Shown here in pieces: positions 9,045-17,453 of a stretch of 64,000 bases of DNA. Location of the stretch: NCBI GenBank assembly GCA_045544455.1, contig JAZPYZ010000022.1, positions 8,819 to 72,818 on the forward strand. Direction: 5' to 3'. The DNA is from Acutalibacteraceae bacterium. GTDB taxonomy: Bacteria; Bacillota; Clostridia; Oscillospirales; Acutalibacteraceae. The notes under the pieces are model-generated. The model ran no database searches. It had not been told where the DNA came from and saw only the letters and a list, made by a program, of their open reading frames with translations. Position 1 is the first letter of the stretch, and each line of letters begins with the position of its first letter. The translations under genes were made by a program, and so were the position numbers.

Positions 9045-9211
9045 GATGTCTCCTCCAAACATTTTTCTTCTTTGTATTTTACCGCACGCGAGCAAGTCCC
9101 TCCGCGCGGAAATTACCGTTTTTGTACTACTGGTTACATTTTACTATAAACCATAGCGTTTGTAAATCGTTTTTTGCGGTTTTTTCTGCCAAATTTTGCA
9201 AATCCACTCGA

Positions 9212-10183
9212 TTACATACCGGTCAAACCGGAACGTTCCAACCCTTGCGTAAAGTGTTTCTGCAAGAAGATGTACATAACCAATACCGGCAAGATAACCA
9301 ACAAGCAGGCGCCTTGCACACGAGCCGAGCTTGCGTACGCGTCGAGCATCATCGCGTTGTGCTGCGGGCTGAGGGCCGACAACAACGATCGGATGTTCGA
9401 CAAAGCCGACGAAATGGTCATCGTGCTGGTGAAGTACATCGTGGTGAAATAGTAGTCGTTCCAGTACCACACCGTCGAGATCAGGAATACCGTCAAGAAG
9501 GACGATTTGGCGTTCGGGATGATGACCTGCAGGAAGGTGCGAACAAAGCCGCAACCGTCGATATAGGCCGCATCTTCCAGTTCTTTCGGCAAGCCGCGGT
9601 AGAACTGACGGAAGATGTAGATAAACAACCCGGCGCGCATACCCACGCCCAACAATGCCGGTAACCACATGACGAACGGCGTGTTCAAAATGCCGAGGTC
9701 TTTGTAGAACAGGTAGGTCGGGGTGTATACGACCTGCGGCGGAACCATGATGGTCAAAATAACCAACGCAAACAGCAGCCCTTTGCCTTTAAAGTTGAAA
9801 CGGGCAAAGCCGTAACCAACCAGCGTACAGGCGGCCACCTGCAACACCGAACTGAACAAGCAGATGGTGATGGTGTTCCACAGCGAGGACGGGTATTTCA
9901 ACGCGTTAAACGCATCGACGATCGGTTCGACCGTGAAATGTTTCGGAACCCACACGACCGACGGATCGGTCAAGTCGGCTTGCGAACGGAACGCGTAGCT
10001 GATCATCGTCAACAACGGGTAGATGATGATAAAACAGACGCCGATCAGCAACATCGCACGGAACAACGACCAGCCGATGGATTTCACCTTTTGAGTGGCG
10101 CGGAATCCGCGGTTATTGCCTTCCCAAAGCGCAATGGCTTTGTTGGCAACGTTGCTCTTGGCAGCTTCAAAATTGATTGCCAT
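9212..10183 (-). CDS. Carbohydrate ABC transporter permease (MalG-like)
   Basis: 323-aa polytopic ORF with the EAA loop LEDAAYIDGCGFVRTFLQVIIP. Confidence 0.9.
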   Translation of the reverse strand: MAINFEAAKSNVANKAIALWEGNNRGFRATQKVKSIGWSLFRAMLLIGVCFIIIYPLLTMISYAFRSQADLTDPSVVWVPKHFTVEPIVDAFNALKYPSSLWNTITICLFSSVLQVAACTLVGYGFARFNFKGKGLLFALVILTIMVPPQVVYTPTYLFYKDLGILNTPFVMWLPALLGVGMRAGLFIYIFRQFYRGLPKELEDAAYIDGCGFVRTFLQVIIPNAKSSFLTVFLISTVWYWNDYYFTTMYFTSTMTISSALSNIRSLLSALSPQHNAMMLDAYASSARVQGACLLVILPVLVMYIFLQKHFTQGLERSGLTGM

Positions 10184-10223
10184 ATGCTTTTACCTCCAAT
10201 TTCAAATCATAATAGGGTGTGTC

Positions 10224-11132
10224 TTAGTCGAGATAGGTAACGCGTTTGTTTACAAACCCTATTACAACTGCCAGAATCACGATAATGACGACGAAGTAAA
10301 CCCAGGCCAGCGCCGCCGAATAGTCGAAATCAATATCGGTGCGCACCGCGCTCAGAATCTGCGTCATAACGTTGTTGCCATAAGCGGTAAAGGTGTCGGT
10401 AATGGTGTAAACCATATTAACCAACAACATCGGTGTGATCATCGGGAAGGTAACTTTCCAGAAAATCTCCCATTTCGTACCGCCGTCGATCGAAGCCGCT
10501 TCATACAATGTGGGCGGAATCGATTGCAACGCCGACAAGAACAACACGATCTGAATACCGGATTTCCAAACCAGTTCGAAGATGTTGTTGGCGGCATCGA
10601 CGATAAACGAGGTGATCTCTTCCGGTAGGTTCATCCCCTGCAACATCGTTGCCAAGGACGTAACCTGGAACATCTGCGACGTCTTTTCACCCGATTGCAT
10701 CATCTGCGAGGCGATATCGCCGTTGATGATCTCAATAACGACACCGGATGCGATGATAACCGGCAGGAAGAAGATCGCACGTACCGCGGTACGACCGTGG
10801 AATTCCTGGTTGATCAACAACGCCAAGATCAAACTGAACACCATAACCAACGGCACTTGATACAACAGGTCTTTCAAGGCGTTGACCAAAGCCGGCGTAT
10901 AATCCGGATCTTCGGTAAAGATCTCGACAAAGTTGCCGATGCCTTTCCATTCCATCTCAAACCCGTTGGTGGTAATGGTGAGTTCGTTAAAGCCGTATAC
11001 AAACGACATGATCAACGGGTAGGCGTAAAGAACGAAGAAACCGATCAACCACAAGGCGATAAAGCCATAGCCGACAAGCGCCTTTTTGCGCTCGTACGAC
11101 ATTTTACGGCGTTTCAAAGGGGATTCGCTCAT
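10224..11132 (-). CDS. Carbohydrate ABC transporter permease (MalF/LplB-like)
   Basis: 302-aa polytopic ORF with the EAA loop YEAASIDGGTKWEIFWKVTFP. Its start abuts the stop of the upstream gene. Confidence 0.9.
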   Translation of the reverse strand: MSESPLKRRKMSYERKKALVGYGFIALWLIGFFVLYAYPLIMSFVYGFNELTITTNGFEMEWKGIGNFVEIFTEDPDYTPALVNALKDLLYQVPLVMVFSLILALLINQEFHGRTAVRAIFFLPVIIASGVVIEIINGDIASQMMQSGEKTSQMFQVTSLATMLQGMNLPEEITSFIVDAANNIFELVWKSGIQIVLFLSALQSIPPTLYEAASIDGGTKWEIFWKVTFPMITPMLLVNMVYTITDTFTAYGNNVMTQILSAVRTDIDFDYSAALAWVYFVVIIVILAVVIGFVNKRVTYLD

Positions 11133-11133
11133 A

Positions 11134-13374
11134 TCAGTTTCCTCCTTTCACGGTGTAACCGTTGGCCGGTACCGTCACATCATCCACCGACACGTCCGCA
11201 TCGGTATAGTTTACATAGACCGTAGCACCGTTTTCGTACACGGTTTTCGCGACGTCTTCCACCACGTAGCTGTGATGCATGATCGCCGAACCTTCGGTTT
11301 GATCATAGACGTCGTTCAGCGTTTCGTACGCGGTCACCACGTCGTCGGCATATTGGCCGTATTCGATGCTGTACAGCGTGGTGTACTTGGTGTCACGCAG
11401 TTCGTCATAGTCGGTTTCGGTCAACAAGAAGGTCATCATGCTGCCGGTCTCGATCGCCTGCAAGGTCATTTCGCTGACCGAGGAGGTCAAGTTCGCCGCG
11501 GAAGCCGAATAGGTTTTCGCGCCGGAGAATACCAACTGATAGAACGGGATCGAACGATCCACCACGTCGAAGCGGCTGGACGAGATCGGCAGGTTGATGA
11601 TCGTGTCCGCGCTGAGCACGCCCGGCAGGTTACCGCCGGAAGCCATTACCGGATACGATTCTGCAAATTTCGCCGTGGCCTTTTCGATTGCTTGTTCACT
11701 GTCGTTGCGGATCCAACCAACCTGACGGTAGTCGGAATACAACGTATCGCCGAACGAACCGGTCGAGATACCGATTTCGCCGTATTGATCCAGTTTCGAG
11801 AAGGCTTTTATCACCTTATCGCTGATATCGCCGATATTGACCATCGACATCAGTTTAGAGGATTGCGATTTGGTTTCAAACAACAGTTGGATACTGAAGG
11901 CTTCTTTCTTCGCCAAGGTGCCGCTGATGGTCTGTGCACCGCTGGCGAACGACAGATAGCCGTTTCCAAACTTGTTAGTCAGTTGTAATTCTTGATCCAG
12001 ATACAGATCCACGTCGTTTTCGTTGCAGTATTGGATCAGTTCTTTAAAGGCTTTTTTGCCGCCCAGATCGCCCGAGATCGACACCTTGCCGGCGGCTTTC
12101 TGTTTGATCAGGGTGTTGTCCCAGTTAACGTAACGGACCGTGATATCGTCCACACCGGCTTTTTGAAGTTTTTCCAACATCGCTTTTGCCGCGGTGTAGT
12201 CGGTGATCTCTTGGATTACGTCGGTCTGGATGCCCATAACCGGACGAGTAACGCTGACACCACCGTACAGTTCGAGGAAGATGCTCGTATCGGATTCATC
12301 CGACACGGTCATGCCTTCTTCTTCGATCAGGTATTGTTGATAGCGTTTCGCCATGCCGGAATAATCCGCATTCTCTTTGTCCAAGAAGAAGTAGGACATT
12401 TCGACAAAGTCGGCGTTGATGCCGCCCTCTTCGTACACGATGAACTGCTGCACACGGGTGTACACGGTGGTACCGAGCGTGTAGGTATCGTCGCCACGTA
12501 CCCGGAAGGTCACGCTGGCGTTGTTGTACGAGGTTTTGTTGCCCGAAACGCCGGCGTTGATTTCCGCCGAACTGTTTTGGGTAATAACACCCAGCATCGC
12601 GGCATCGCCGTTCTTGATACCGAACATCGGCAGATGCGCATCTTGCGTGGTGGTTTCTTTCCGGAGCAGGGTTTCGGTCACGTCACGGCCGTACACCGGT
12701 TGCGAGTACGACGTATAGGCGTTTTTGCCGTTGTTGAAGTCGATCATCGCACCGCTGCCGTCCGGCACCACGATGTAGCCGGTATCTTCGGTCGAGCCGG
12801 CGCCGAAATACGGCAACAGATCAATCTTAGACATGACGTTGGTACCGGTTTCGGTGATCTCTTCGGTGATGATCCGTGCGCACAACCGATCTTCTTTCAG
12901 TTCGAGTTCGACCGGAATGAAGAACCCTTCATAATCCATCGTATACTCGATGCGGACACCGTTTTCGATGCCTTTGACCTCAAAGTTGCCGGATTTGACC
13001 GACGAGGTAAAGGACGCGGCGGTATCGCGCACGCTGTTTTTGTCGATGTAATGTACGATCAGCATCGTTGCGAGTTGTTGCTGATACTTACCTTTCGCAA
13101 GCGGATCTTCTTCCCACGCGGTGGGGTTACTGTACCAAACCTTGCCGGATTTCAAATCTTCTACCGTAAAGAAACAGGTTTCTTGGTTGAAGGTGAATTT
13201 CAGGTTTTTGTTTTCGATCACGACGTCGCCGGCCGGCAGATCAAAGGTTTCTTTCGAAACGGCTTTGTCGCCATCGTCCGCGGTCGCCGAAATCATCGCC
13301 CCATGCGAGAAACCGACAATGCAGGCCATCGCACACACGCACGCGAGAAGAGCTTTCAGTTTTGTATGTAACAT
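11134..13374 (-). CDS. Secreted protein of unknown function, DUF5696-like
   Basis: 746-aa ORF behind GAAGGAGGAA, with an N-terminal signal/anchor MLHTKLKALLACVCAMACIVGF. No catalytic motif I can name. Size, secretion signal and position next to a Yip1 gene inside a sugar-ABC cluster match what I recall for DUF5696 proteins. This needs HMM confirmation. Confidence 0.7.
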   Translation of the reverse strand: MLHTKLKALLACVCAMACIVGFSHGAMISATADDGDKAVSKETFDLPAGDVVIENKNLKFTFNQETCFFTVEDLKSGKVWYSNPTAWEEDPLAKGKYQQQLATMLIVHYIDKNSVRDTAASFTSSVKSGNFEVKGIENGVRIEYTMDYEGFFIPVELELKEDRLCARIITEEITETGTNVMSKIDLLPYFGAGSTEDTGYIVVPDGSGAMIDFNNGKNAYTSYSQPVYGRDVTETLLRKETTTQDAHLPMFGIKNGDAAMLGVITQNSSAEINAGVSGNKTSYNNASVTFRVRGDDTYTLGTTVYTRVQQFIVYEEGGINADFVEMSYFFLDKENADYSGMAKRYQQYLIEEEGMTVSDESDTSIFLELYGGVSVTRPVMGIQTDVIQEITDYTAAKAMLEKLQKAGVDDITVRYVNWDNTLIKQKAAGKVSISGDLGGKKAFKELIQYCNENDVDLYLDQELQLTNKFGNGYLSFASGAQTISGTLAKKEAFSIQLLFETKSQSSKLMSMVNIGDISDKVIKAFSKLDQYGEIGISTGSFGDTLYSDYRQVGWIRNDSEQAIEKATAKFAESYPVMASGGNLPGVLSADTIINLPISSSRFDVVDRSIPFYQLVFSGAKTYSASAANLTSSVSEMTLQAIETGSMMTFLLTETDYDELRDTKYTTLYSIEYGQYADDVVTAYETLNDVYDQTEGSAIMHHSYVVEDVAKTVYENGATVYVNYTDADVSVDDVTVPANGYTVKGGN

Positions 13375-13396
13375 CTCTTATTCCTCCTTCAAGCTC

Positions 13397-14014
13397 TTAG
13401 ACACGGTACGCGAGTTCCTGGAAGATCGACACCACAAAGGATGCAAGTTGTTGTGCCAAGCTGAAGATCAGTAAGCACACAAACACGATAATCAGGATCA
13501 TGACGATCGTAAGCAGAATCGATTTTATGGTTTCGCCGAGCGAATAGTCGTGAAACACCGTAATGCCGCAAACCAAAATCAACACACCCCACAACGCACC
13601 GACCGCACCGACGATCGTCATGAACAACGATTCGTTCGCGAGCAACGCGTTACTGATCAGGGTGTTGATCAGGATCGACAAACTGTACGGCAACAACGCG
13701 ATCGAGCAGAAGAACGCGATCTGGAACAGATGCGCTTTACCGTCGGCCAGCGTCGACACCATCCAGTTACAAACCACAAACAGGATATACAGCACCACCG
13801 TTTGCAGGAAGATCATGCCGATGTTCAGATCTTGCAGTTGGTTTTGGTTGAAGTAAAATCCGGTGCATTGCCGTTCGACAATGCGGGCAATGAAGAATAT
13901 CACAACACTCAGAACCGCAATCACCTTACAGTAGTTGCGACGTTCTTTGTAGTTGGTAAACCCATCCGCCGGATGCATCATGGTGTGCCACAGATTTTTC
14001 CATGTAGATTTCAT
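13397..14014 (-). CDS. Yip1-domain integral membrane protein
   Basis: 205-aa ORF behind GGAGGGATGA. The short N-terminal segment MKSTWKNLWHTMMHPADGFTNYKER is followed by about 5 hydrophobic helices, the typical Yip1-family layout. Confidence 0.7.
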   Translation of the reverse strand: MKSTWKNLWHTMMHPADGFTNYKERRNYCKVIAVLSVVIFFIARIVERQCTGFYFNQNQLQDLNIGMIFLQTVVLYILFVVCNWMVSTLADGKAHLFQIAFFCSIALLPYSLSILINTLISNALLANESLFMTIVGAVGALWGVLILVCGITVFHDYSLGETIKSILLTIVMILIIVFVCLLIFSLAQQLASFVVSIFQELAYRV

Positions 14015-14039
14015 GTTATCATCCCTCCGTCAAATGGAT

Positions 14040-15515
14040 TTACTGGTTCTTCTTTTTCTTGATCTTTTTGATGAATTGAATCACCTTGACCAAGATATAC
14101 AGCGATACACCGCCGATAACCACGAACGGAATCATTACGTTGATGGTTTCTTTACGGGTGTGTTCGAGCGCTTTGATGTAACCATCGCGATCGTCGCCGA
14201 GTTTAAAGTATTTTTTCGCCATGTCGTAGTCGCCAAGCACGTAGTAGGCTTTACCGATACCCGAATAGGCGAGTTGCAGGTTACCGTTTTGTTTGATAAC
14301 GTCGTTCCACTCGGTCATCGCGCCTTTGACGTCACCGTCATCGTACAAGGCCAGCGCCTTCTTGATCGAGTTGATGTAGGCAGTCGGTTCGTAAACCGTG
14401 AAATACCGTTTGTTACTGTCGAGCACCAGGATCTTATCCCCGAGGGTATCGATCGCGGCGACCGTACGGCCGGTACCGACCTGATCACCGGTGCCGCCGA
14501 AGATGCAGATCAAATCACCGGTTTCGTCGCTGTATTGGAACACGCGGCCGGCCTGCCGGTCAAGACAGTTGATATAGCCTGCTTCGTCGTAGCACACGTC
14601 GACGATCGACGTTTGCACGGTGACCGCCATATAGTATCTTGTCTTGGTGTCACCGTAACGGGTGGCATACGACGACGAGATCAACATGTTATCTTTCATG
14701 ATGTCTTCACCGGTCGGATCGATCTTGACCACGTTGTTGGACACCGAGTTGGCCGTACAGGTGAAGATAAACCCTTCCTCGTTGATGTCGAGGTTGGTGA
14801 ATTCCGACGGAATACTGCGTTCCATTTGCGCAATTTGTTCGTCGGTCATAAAGTTACGCCAGATGTTTTTAAACACCTCGGTCACACCCACCGTCACGGC
14901 GTTACCGGCAAAGTAACCGATGAACTTACCGTCGTCCGAATAGGTAATCGCACCTTGATAAATACCTTGACAATGCACGTACACGAAACCACGCACGTCC
15001 ACCACCACGTGCATCGGCAAAAAGTCGATGCCGCTGAACGCGATATCCGCGTCGGGTTTCAGGTATTCGGTCAAGATCTCGCCCGCCGGGCTAACCTTGA
15101 TCGCGCGGTGGTTGTTGTAGTCGGCGATATACATGTTGTCGTTTTCGTCAACATAGATGCCTTGCGGCGCGTTCATCGTCAACACGTCCGAACCACCGGT
15201 AAAGGTGACGTATTCGGCTTTGAGGTTGTATTCGCTGTCGAACACCACGATGCGGTTATTGTTTTTATCCACCACGTAGATGTCTTCGTTCGCGGATACG
15301 AACAGGTCGCTCGGTTCGTTAAACGCGGTGAGCCCCACGTCGACCGCACTGACCGAACGAACCGGCACGTACGAGTCGGGCGCCATAACTTCGTTACCCC
15401 AATAGTTATAGGTGTACGAATTGTAGACCGGTTCCGATAAGGCCGAGGCCGGCGCGGCAAACATTAAAACCACGACCGACAATACGCTGAGGATACAAGT
15501 TATTTTCTTTTTCAT
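14040..15515 (-). CDS. Extracytoplasmic NHL-repeat beta-propeller + TPR protein with C-terminal membrane anchor
   Basis: 491-aa ORF with signal peptide MKKKITCILSVLSVVVLMFAAPASA. NHL-like blades: DIYVVDKNNNRIVVFD, NMYIADYNNHRAIKV, KILVLDSNKRYFTVY. TPR-like AYSGIGKAYYVLGDYDMAKKYFKLG. C-terminal TM IPFVVIGGVSLYILVKVIQFI followed by KKIKKKKNQ. Confidence 0.75.
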   Translation of the reverse strand: MKKKITCILSVLSVVVLMFAAPASALSEPVYNSYTYNYWGNEVMAPDSYVPVRSVSAVDVGLTAFNEPSDLFVSANEDIYVVDKNNNRIVVFDSEYNLKAEYVTFTGGSDVLTMNAPQGIYVDENDNMYIADYNNHRAIKVSPAGEILTEYLKPDADIAFSGIDFLPMHVVVDVRGFVYVHCQGIYQGAITYSDDGKFIGYFAGNAVTVGVTEVFKNIWRNFMTDEQIAQMERSIPSEFTNLDINEEGFIFTCTANSVSNNVVKIDPTGEDIMKDNMLISSSYATRYGDTKTRYYMAVTVQTSIVDVCYDEAGYINCLDRQAGRVFQYSDETGDLICIFGGTGDQVGTGRTVAAIDTLGDKILVLDSNKRYFTVYEPTAYINSIKKALALYDDGDVKGAMTEWNDVIKQNGNLQLAYSGIGKAYYVLGDYDMAKKYFKLGDDRDGYIKALEHTRKETINVMIPFVVIGGVSLYILVKVIQFIKKIKKKKNQ

Positions 15516-15529
15516 GGCTTGTTCCTCCC

Positions 15530-16453
15530 TTATTCTTTAATACCGGCGTGAGCCATCGTTTGCAACACGTTGCTCTGCGAAATGATGAACAACGCAATCG
15601 GCGGAATCATCAGGAACACGGTTGCCGCCGCGCTAACGCCCATACGGGCGATCGAGTTACTCGCGATAAGCTGGGTAATCGCCGTCGGCAACATTTTGAT
15701 CTGTTCGGTGAAGATGTAACCGCCGCCGGTGGAGTTCCACGCACCTTGGAAGGTCAAGATCAACAAGGTCAACCATGCCGGTTTTACGTTCGGCATCACG
15801 ATCTGATAGTAGATGCGGAATTCGCTCGCGCCGTCGATACGCGCCGCTTCCAGCAGCGAGTTCGGGATAACGCTCATAAAGTTCTGCATCAGGAACAGAC
15901 CCATCGAGCCGCCGATAAACGGGCAGATGATCGATGCATAGGTATCGATCAGGCCGAGGTTGGCCATGATGATGTACCGCGGCAACGCGGTAACCGTCGG
16001 CACGAACAACAACGCCGTCATGATCAAACTGGACAGCATTTTGCGGCCGCGGAATTGGTTTTTCGCCATCGGGTATGCCGCCATCGAGGCAAAGAAAATA
16101 TGTAACACGGTAGCGACGATCGATACGAAAATACTGTTCATAACGTACCGCAAGAACGGCACTTGAGAACCCGCAAACATCGCAAACAGGTCGTAGAAGT
16201 TATCGACCGTCGGGTTTACGACGTAGAACTTCGGCGGGAAAATGAAAATTTCTTCGTACGGTTTGAGTGCGGACAGGATCGCGTACACCAACGGGAACGC
16301 CATCATTACCGCAAATAACAGCAACACAATCATAACGAAAGCGTTACCGGTCATAGAACGGTTCGCTTTCTTGCGATGGAAAATGTGTTTGATCCATTGC
16401 ACGAAAGTCCGTCTGGGTTGCTTTGTCTTTGTCATGCTTATCTTACACACCAT
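15530..16453 (-). CDS. Carbohydrate ABC transporter permease (MalG/LplC-like)
   Basis: 307-aa polytopic ORF with the EAA loop LLEAARIDGASEFRIYYQIVMP. Exact start is ambiguous (ATG 16453 or ATG 16435, MTKTKQ). Confidence 0.9.
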   Translation of the reverse strand: MVCKISMTKTKQPRRTFVQWIKHIFHRKKANRSMTGNAFVMIVLLLFAVMMAFPLVYAILSALKPYEEIFIFPPKFYVVNPTVDNFYDLFAMFAGSQVPFLRYVMNSIFVSIVATVLHIFFASMAAYPMAKNQFRGRKMLSSLIMTALLFVPTVTALPRYIIMANLGLIDTYASIICPFIGGSMGLFLMQNFMSVIPNSLLEAARIDGASEFRIYYQIVMPNVKPAWLTLLILTFQGAWNSTGGGYIFTEQIKMLPTAITQLIASNSIARMGVSAAATVFLMIPPIALFIISQSNVLQTMAHAGIKE

Positions 16454-16526
16454 TTCTCCGTCAAAATCTTGAATCCCCCTGCATCGACGAAAAGCAGGGA
16501 TCGTAAATAGTCTGCTTTTCAGTCGA

Positions 16527-17450
16527 TTAGTGGCCGACGTTCGCCAATACCTTGGTGACGAGTTTCTTAGCGAACATCATCATCAAGAACAGAACGGTTG
16601 CGATCGCACAGGCGTATCCCAACTCAAAACGAGTGGAACCGTAGTCCTGGATGTGCAACACGATCGTGTGACCGGCGTATTCCGAAGATGGCATACCGGC
16701 CAGCGCCTGCGAAATACCACCGACTTCGAACGCGCTAACGATCTGGGTGATCGCGCCGAAGGTCAAGGACGGCAGCATCTGCGGCAACGTAACGTACCAC
16801 AATTCTTGCAAACGGTTGCGAATACCGTCGATCATACCGGCATCGAACAAGGAGTTATCCAACCCTTGCAGACCGGCGATGAACGCCAGGAAGCCGGTAC
16901 CCAAACTCAACCACAACTGCACGATGATCAGCACCGGCATAATGTAGTCGGCGGTTTGCAACCACGCCAGCGGTTCGGTAAAGATACCGAGTTGCATCAA
17001 CGCGGCGTTGATCAAACCGTATTCGTCACCACTGAACAGATAACCGAAGATGGTGTACGCCGTACCGGACAAGGCCGGCGCGTAGAAGATAACCGTCATG
17101 ATCGCACGTGCTTTCGGGCTCAATTCGTTGATGAGCCATGCGAAGAAGAAGCACATGAAGTAACCGACCGGGCCGGTGATCAGCGCGAAGATCAGGGTGT
17201 TCTTCAACGCGATCATAAACAACGGATCTTCGGTAAACATACGGAAATAGTTGTCAAAGAAAACGAAGTTCGGAGCTTGCAACATGTTAAAGTCGGTGAA
17301 GCCCAACACAAACGAGGTGGCAACCGGCAGAATGGTGAAGATGAAGAACATCAGCATAAAGGGCGCCATCAACACGTAGTTTTCGCGGTCACGGCGACGT
17401 AACTCGCGCTTAAACTCCGATGATCTCGGCTGTTTTTTTACTTTTGTCAC
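16527..17450 (-). CDS. Carbohydrate ABC transporter permease (MalF/LplB-like)
   Basis: 307-aa polytopic ORF with DAGMIDGIRNRLQELWYVTLP. Its start lies 4 nt after the stop of the SBP gene. Confidence 0.9.
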   Translation of the reverse strand: MTKVKKQPRSSEFKRELRRRDRENYVLMAPFMLMFFIFTILPVATSFVLGFTDFNMLQAPNFVFFDNYFRMFTEDPLFMIALKNTLIFALITGPVGYFMCFFFAWLINELSPKARAIMTVIFYAPALSGTAYTIFGYLFSGDEYGLINAALMQLGIFTEPLAWLQTADYIMPVLIIVQLWLSLGTGFLAFIAGLQGLDNSLFDAGMIDGIRNRLQELWYVTLPQMLPSLTFGAITQIVSAFEVGGISQALAGMPSSEYAGHTIVLHIQDYGSTRFELGYACAIATVLFLMMMFAKKLVTKVLANVGH

Positions 17451-17453
17451 AGC

